A stretch of 64,000 nt of DNA from Candidatus Omnitrophota bacterium (GTDB taxonomy: Bacteria; Omnitrophota; Gorgyraeia; Tantalellales; Tantalellaceae). Numbering within the stretch: the stretch's first letter is position 1; every line of letters starts with the position of its first letter. Under the pieces are notes generated by a model that saw only the letters and a program-made list of their open reading frames with translations, did not search any database and was not told the DNA's origin. Below, in pieces: positions 57,847 through 64,000 of the stretch. Where the stretch lies: NCBI GenBank assembly GCA_015231405.1, contig JADGBR010000001.1, positions 91,964-155,963 of the forward strand, written 5' to 3'. The translations under genes were made by a program, and so were the position numbers.

Positions 57847-59634
57847 ATGCAAAAAGGCAAAAAAGATAAAGGCAAGGAAAAAAAGCAGCTCCAGCTCCGC
57901 GGGATACCGGCGGCGCCGGGGATAACGATCGGCAAGGTCTACATTGTGGGTGTTGAGGACCTTCTCCCGCCGGAAAGGAACATAACAGAACAGGAAGTGC
58001 CTTCCGAGATATCCAGGTTCAAAAAGGTCCTCGAATCCACGAGAAAAGAAATAATAAATATCGAGAAAAAGATATCCAAGGAGATGGGGGTTGAGCAAGG
58101 GAAGATATTCAGCGCTCATCTGCTCGTTCTCGACGACCCTGTTTTGAGCGAAGAGGTCGTGACAAGGATCAGGAAAAAAAAGAAAAATATCGAGACCATA
58201 TTCGCCGAAGTGCTCAATAAGTACGTCAGTGTTCTTTCCGAAGCCAGGGACGAATATCTCAGGGACAGGATCAGTGATATAACCGATGTTGGCAAAAGGA
58301 TATTGAGGAACCTGATCGGAGGTGATACCAGGGGTATTGAAGGGCTAATCGATAGATCGATCGTGATAGCGTACGACCTTGCCCCGTCCGATACGGCTAT
58401 GATGCATAAAGGGAGCGTCTTGGGGTTTGCGACCGATATCGGAGGGAGGACCTCTCATACGGCGATAATGGCCAAATCGTTGGAAATACCGGCGGTTGTC
58501 GGTTTGGAAAACATCACTGATATAGTTATGCCGGGGGACACAGTGATCCTTGACGGTTTTCACGGCATTGTGATCGTGAACCCGACCAAAAGGTTCATCG
58601 ATCAATACGAAAAAGAAAAAAAGAAGCATGAGCACCTTGAGAAGCAGCTTATCGATCTCAAGTTTCTTCCCAGCGAAACTCTCGACAAACGAAAGATCAT
58701 CCTTGCCGGCAATATCGAGCTCCCTGAAGACGTCGCCAGCGTCATTTCCCACGGAGCCGAAGGGGTGGGGCTATACAGGACCGAGTATTTTTTCATGAAC
58801 AGGAAAGATCTTCCTACCGAGGAGGAACAGTTCAACGCGTATAGGTCCGTGGCCGCCAGGATAAAGCCGCATCCTGTGACAATAAGGACGCTTGATGTGG
58901 GAGGGGATAAGTTCCTTTCCCAGCTAGACGTGCCGAAAGATATGAACCCTTTTCTTGGCTGGAGGGCGATCAGGTTCTGTCTCGCCAGGCCCGATGTTTT
59001 TAAAACTCAGCTAAAGGCGATACTTAGGGCGTCGGCTTTCGGTAAGCTCAGGCTTATGTACCCGATGATCTCCGGGATAGAAGAGTTCAGAAAAGCTAAC
59101 GTCGTTCTGGAAGAAGCTAAATCGGAGCTCAGGAAAAAGAACATAGAGTTCGATAAGGACATGCCGGTGGGGGCGATGATAGAGGTGCCGTCGGCCGCTC
59201 TGACCAGCGATGCGCTCGCCAAGGAGGCGGATTTCTTCTCAATAGGCACCAACGACCTTATACAGTACTCTCTGGCCGTCGACCGGGTCAATGAGAAGAT
59301 AGCTTATCTTTATGAACCGACTCATCCCGCGGTGCTTAACCTGATCAGGATGACCATTAATAACGGCCATAAGGAAAATATACCCGTAGGACTTTGCGGT
59401 GAGGTGAGCGGTGATATAGCGCTGGCCATCATTCTGATAGGGATGGGACTTGACGAGTTCAGCTCTTCCCCGATAGCGGTGCCGGAGTTGAAGAAGGTCA
59501 TAAGGTCAGTTTCTTTCCTGGATGCGCAAAAAGTCACGGAAGAGGCCCTTAAAATGACCACCGGAACCGAGATCCTCAATTACGCGAAAGCTAAGCTTAT
59601 GGAAATGGTCCCGGATATAGCTCTAATGAATTGA
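57847..59634 (+). CDS. ptsI: phosphoenolpyruvate-protein phosphotransferase (Enzyme I / PtsP-like)
   Basis: GGRTSHTAIMA active-site His; PEP-utilising C-terminal barrel. K-rich about 15-aa N-terminal extension MQKGKKDKGKEKKQ. Confidence 0.9.
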   Translation: MQKGKKDKGKEKKQLQLRGIPAAPGITIGKVYIVGVEDLLPPERNITEQEVPSEISRFKKVLESTRKEIINIEKKISKEMGVEQGKIFSAHLLVLDDPVLSEEVVTRIRKKKKNIETIFAEVLNKYVSVLSEARDEYLRDRISDITDVGKRILRNLIGGDTRGIEGLIDRSIVIAYDLAPSDTAMMHKGSVLGFATDIGGRTSHTAIMAKSLEIPAVVGLENITDIVMPGDTVILDGFHGIVIVNPTKRFIDQYEKEKKKHEHLEKQLIDLKFLPSETLDKRKIILAGNIELPEDVASVISHGAEGVGLYRTEYFFMNRKDLPTEEEQFNAYRSVAARIKPHPVTIRTLDVGGDKFLSQLDVPKDMNPFLGWRAIRFCLARPDVFKTQLKAILRASAFGKLRLMYPMISGIEEFRKANVVLEEAKSELRKKNIEFDKDMPVGAMIEVPSAALTSDALAKEADFFSIGTNDLIQYSLAVDRVNEKIAYLYEPTHPAVLNLIRMTINNGHKENIPVGLCGEVSGDIALAIILIGMGLDEFSSSPIAVPELKKVIRSVSFLDAQKVTEEALKMTTGTEILNYAKAKLMEMVPDIALMN

Positions 59635-59671
59635 TGTGTTCCTGGTCGATAAAGGACATACGGAGGTGAAT

Positions 59672-60415
59672 ATGAAAGGACTTATATTAGCCGCTGGATA
59701 CGGGACAAGGCTTTACCCTCTGACCCTGAACCTGCCTAAACCGTTATTGGAAGTCGGCGGTAAGACTATCATGGAAAGACATTTGACCAAGCTTGAAGCG
59801 GTTGGAACCTGCGACGGGGTTTACATCGTCACTAATTCCAAGTTCGCTCACGTCATCTCTTCATGGTCGGAAAAACATAAATTCCGGTTCCCTGTCGAAA
59901 TCGTCGACGATGGAACTATCACGAACGAAGACAGGCTCGGGGCGATAGGCGACATTAGGCTCGTTCTGGATAAGAAAGCCCCTTCATCGGACGTACTCAT
60001 AATGGCAGGGGACAACCTTTTCGAGTTCCCGCTTTCGGGCTTTGTGTCTTTTGCAGGGAAAAAAGGATGCCTTACGGTAGCTCTTTACGACGTCAAGGAA
60101 AGGGAGCTCGCTAAAAAATACGGTATAGTTTCACTGGGCGTTGGAGAGCAGGTCACAGATTTCCAGGAAAAACCTAAGGAACCGGGGTCAACTCTCGCGT
60201 CGACAGGTATTTACTATCTCCCGGAAGCCAAACTTGGCTTTTTAGGGAAATACTTGAGTACCGGGAACTCCAAGGACGCGCCCGGTAATTTTGTGAAATG
60301 GATGTCGGAGAACGATAAGGTTTACGGTTACGTTTTCAGGGAAGGGTGGTATGATATCGGCGATATAGATTCCCTTCATAAAGCCGATCGTGAATACAGG
60401 GAGAAGGGAATATAG
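59672..60415 (+). CDS. sugar-phosphate nucleotidyltransferase (NTP_transferase family)
   Basis: MKGLILAAGYGTRLYPLT...KPLL signature. 247 aa. RBS GGAGGTGA. Confidence 0.8.
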   Translation: MKGLILAAGYGTRLYPLTLNLPKPLLEVGGKTIMERHLTKLEAVGTCDGVYIVTNSKFAHVISSWSEKHKFRFPVEIVDDGTITNEDRLGAIGDIRLVLDKKAPSSDVLIMAGDNLFEFPLSGFVSFAGKKGCLTVALYDVKERELAKKYGIVSLGVGEQVTDFQEKPKEPGSTLASTGIYYLPEAKLGFLGKYLSTGNSKDAPGNFVKWMSENDKVYGYVFREGWYDIGDIDSLHKADREYREKGI

Positions 60416-60437
60416 AAAATAAGAAAAGGAGAGTTTA

Positions 60438-62862
<2,425 letters not shown>

Positions 62863-62865
62863 CCT

Positions 62866-63960
62866 ATGCGGATCATAAACCGGTATGTCTTGAAAGAACT
62901 TGCGGGGCCATTTTTCGGATCTCTTCTTGTATCGACACTGATCCTCGCGGCTGGTAATATCATCCAGACCGTTGACATGGTGATCAATAAGGGAGTGGAG
63001 TTAACTCAGGTAATTAAGGTATTCGTTTACTTTCTCCCTTATGTCCTGATCTTCACGATACCTATTTCCGTACTTGCGTCGGTTCTACTCGGCTTTGGGA
63101 GACTTTCCGGGGATAACGAGGTAACCGCGCTCAGGACGAGCGGGGTTGGCCTTTTCAGGATGATATTCCCGGCAGTGATATGCGGGTTCATAATAAGCCT
63201 CATGAATGTGCCGCTAAATGATAAGATCCTTCCACAGGCGGAGTATTCTGCCAGAAAGCTGGTAAAGCAGATAGGTATAAAACATCCGGCCGCGCTTCTG
63301 GAGCCTGGGGTTTTTATTAAAGGCTTCAAAAATTACATCGTGTTTATCCATCAGGCGAAGGGGAATATCCTCCAGGATATACGTATATATGAACCGAACG
63401 ATAAAGGGCCGACAAGGACCATAATAGCCGACAGGGGTGAGATAGTCTCAGTCCCTGATGAGAACAGCGTAAAGTTAAGGCTCGAGGACGGGAGCGCCGA
63501 CGAAATAGACCCGAATAAGCCGGACGAGTTTTACAAAATAACTTTTGAGGAATATCAGCTTACCCTTAACCTCGACAAAACGACCGATATCAATAAGATC
63601 GAGAAAAAAGCCAGGGAAAAAAGCATTAAGGAGCTATTGTCCGATCTGGCGGATCTCAGGGGGGCAAAAGGCGGGAATATACCCATATTGATCGAAATAA
63701 ACAAAAAGATCGCGCTGGCTTTTTCGAACCTGGTATTTGTTCTCGTTGGGATACCGCTTGCCATCACCGCTCACCGGAGGGAGAAATTCATAGGTTTCGG
63801 GATGGCGATGGGACTCTTCCTGTTGTATTGGGGGATCATGCTGGGCGGGATAGCATGCGCTATCAGGAATATCGTTCCGCCGTGGGTAGGGGTCTGGTCG
63901 GCGGACATTTTGCTTTTCATCCTGGCATCTGTCATGCTGGTAAGGATTTCCGCCAAATAA
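62866..63960 (+). CDS. lptF: LPS export ABC permease LptF/LptG family
   Basis: MRIINRYVLKELAGPFFGSLL, the YjgP/YjgQ N-terminus. Six TM segments with a periplasmic beta-jellyroll insert. Confidence 0.8.
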   Translation: MRIINRYVLKELAGPFFGSLLVSTLILAAGNIIQTVDMVINKGVELTQVIKVFVYFLPYVLIFTIPISVLASVLLGFGRLSGDNEVTALRTSGVGLFRMIFPAVICGFIISLMNVPLNDKILPQAEYSARKLVKQIGIKHPAALLEPGVFIKGFKNYIVFIHQAKGNILQDIRIYEPNDKGPTRTIIADRGEIVSVPDENSVKLRLEDGSADEIDPNKPDEFYKITFEEYQLTLNLDKTTDINKIEKKAREKSIKELLSDLADLRGAKGGNIPILIEINKKIALAFSNLVFVLVGIPLAITAHRREKFIGFGMAMGLFLLYWGIMLGGIACAIRNIVPPWVGVWSADILLFILASVMLVRISAK

Positions 63961-64000
63961 TGAAGATACTGGAAAAACATATATTAAAGAGCTATCTTAG
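63961..64000 (+). CDS. start of second LptF/LptG-family permease (3-prime end beyond window)
   Basis: ATG one nt after the lptF stop. MKILEKHILKSYL resembles the LptG N-terminus. Only 13 codons are visible. Confidence 0.35.

Overview
This 64-kb window is a chromosomal segment of a roughly 50% GC bacterium with a Gram-negative-type envelope (LptF/G, SurA-like lipoprotein, signal peptidase I). Every convincing gene, about 60 CDS and 3 tRNAs, lies on the + strand. Reading left to right: acyl-CoA dehydrogenase (3-prime part), etfB and etfA (EtfA fused to a 2x[4Fe-4S] ferredoxin domain), smc, CinA-C, a 2H phosphoesterase (LigT/ThpR), recA, alaS. Then a contiguous his–trp biosynthetic block (hisDBHAFI, trpEGDCFBA), ruvX, an M16 peptidase, an M50/CBS site-2 protease, rpe, pgm, lepA, lepB, pgsA, der, plsY. 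Then a visibly AT-rich islet carrying an orphan ORF, followed by an XRE regulator, a TPR-SPFH membrane protein and a secreted beta-sandwich-like protein. Then gpsA, tRNA-Pro, a threonine/isoleucine cluster (hom, thrC, an ApgM-like phosphoglycerate-mutase-family protein, aspartate kinase, a citramalate-synthase-like gene), valS, a pseudouridine synthase, nadC, uvrB, birA, coaX, a SurA-like lipoprotein, a HAMP-only protein, a secreted HExxH mini-protein, tRNA-Lys, tRNA-Gly, a nitrogen-type PTS module (ptsN, yvcK, npr, ptsP), a sugar nucleotidyltransferase, metK, ahcY and lptF/G. No CRISPR array, IS element or transposase is present. The most striking feature is a family of intergenic arrays of short tandem repeats with strict 7-nt periodicity, at 12 or more loci, often with the reverse-complement array a few tens of nt away. 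These resemble cyanobacterial STRR heptamer repeats and are not explained by any annotated feature. Secondary candidates are the AT-rich islet with its promoter, orphan ORF, terminator, perfect palindrome and MITE-like inverted repeat upstream of a leaderless XRE, TPR-SPFH and secreted-protein module, and a thr cluster that lacks thrB but contains an ApgM-like gene.
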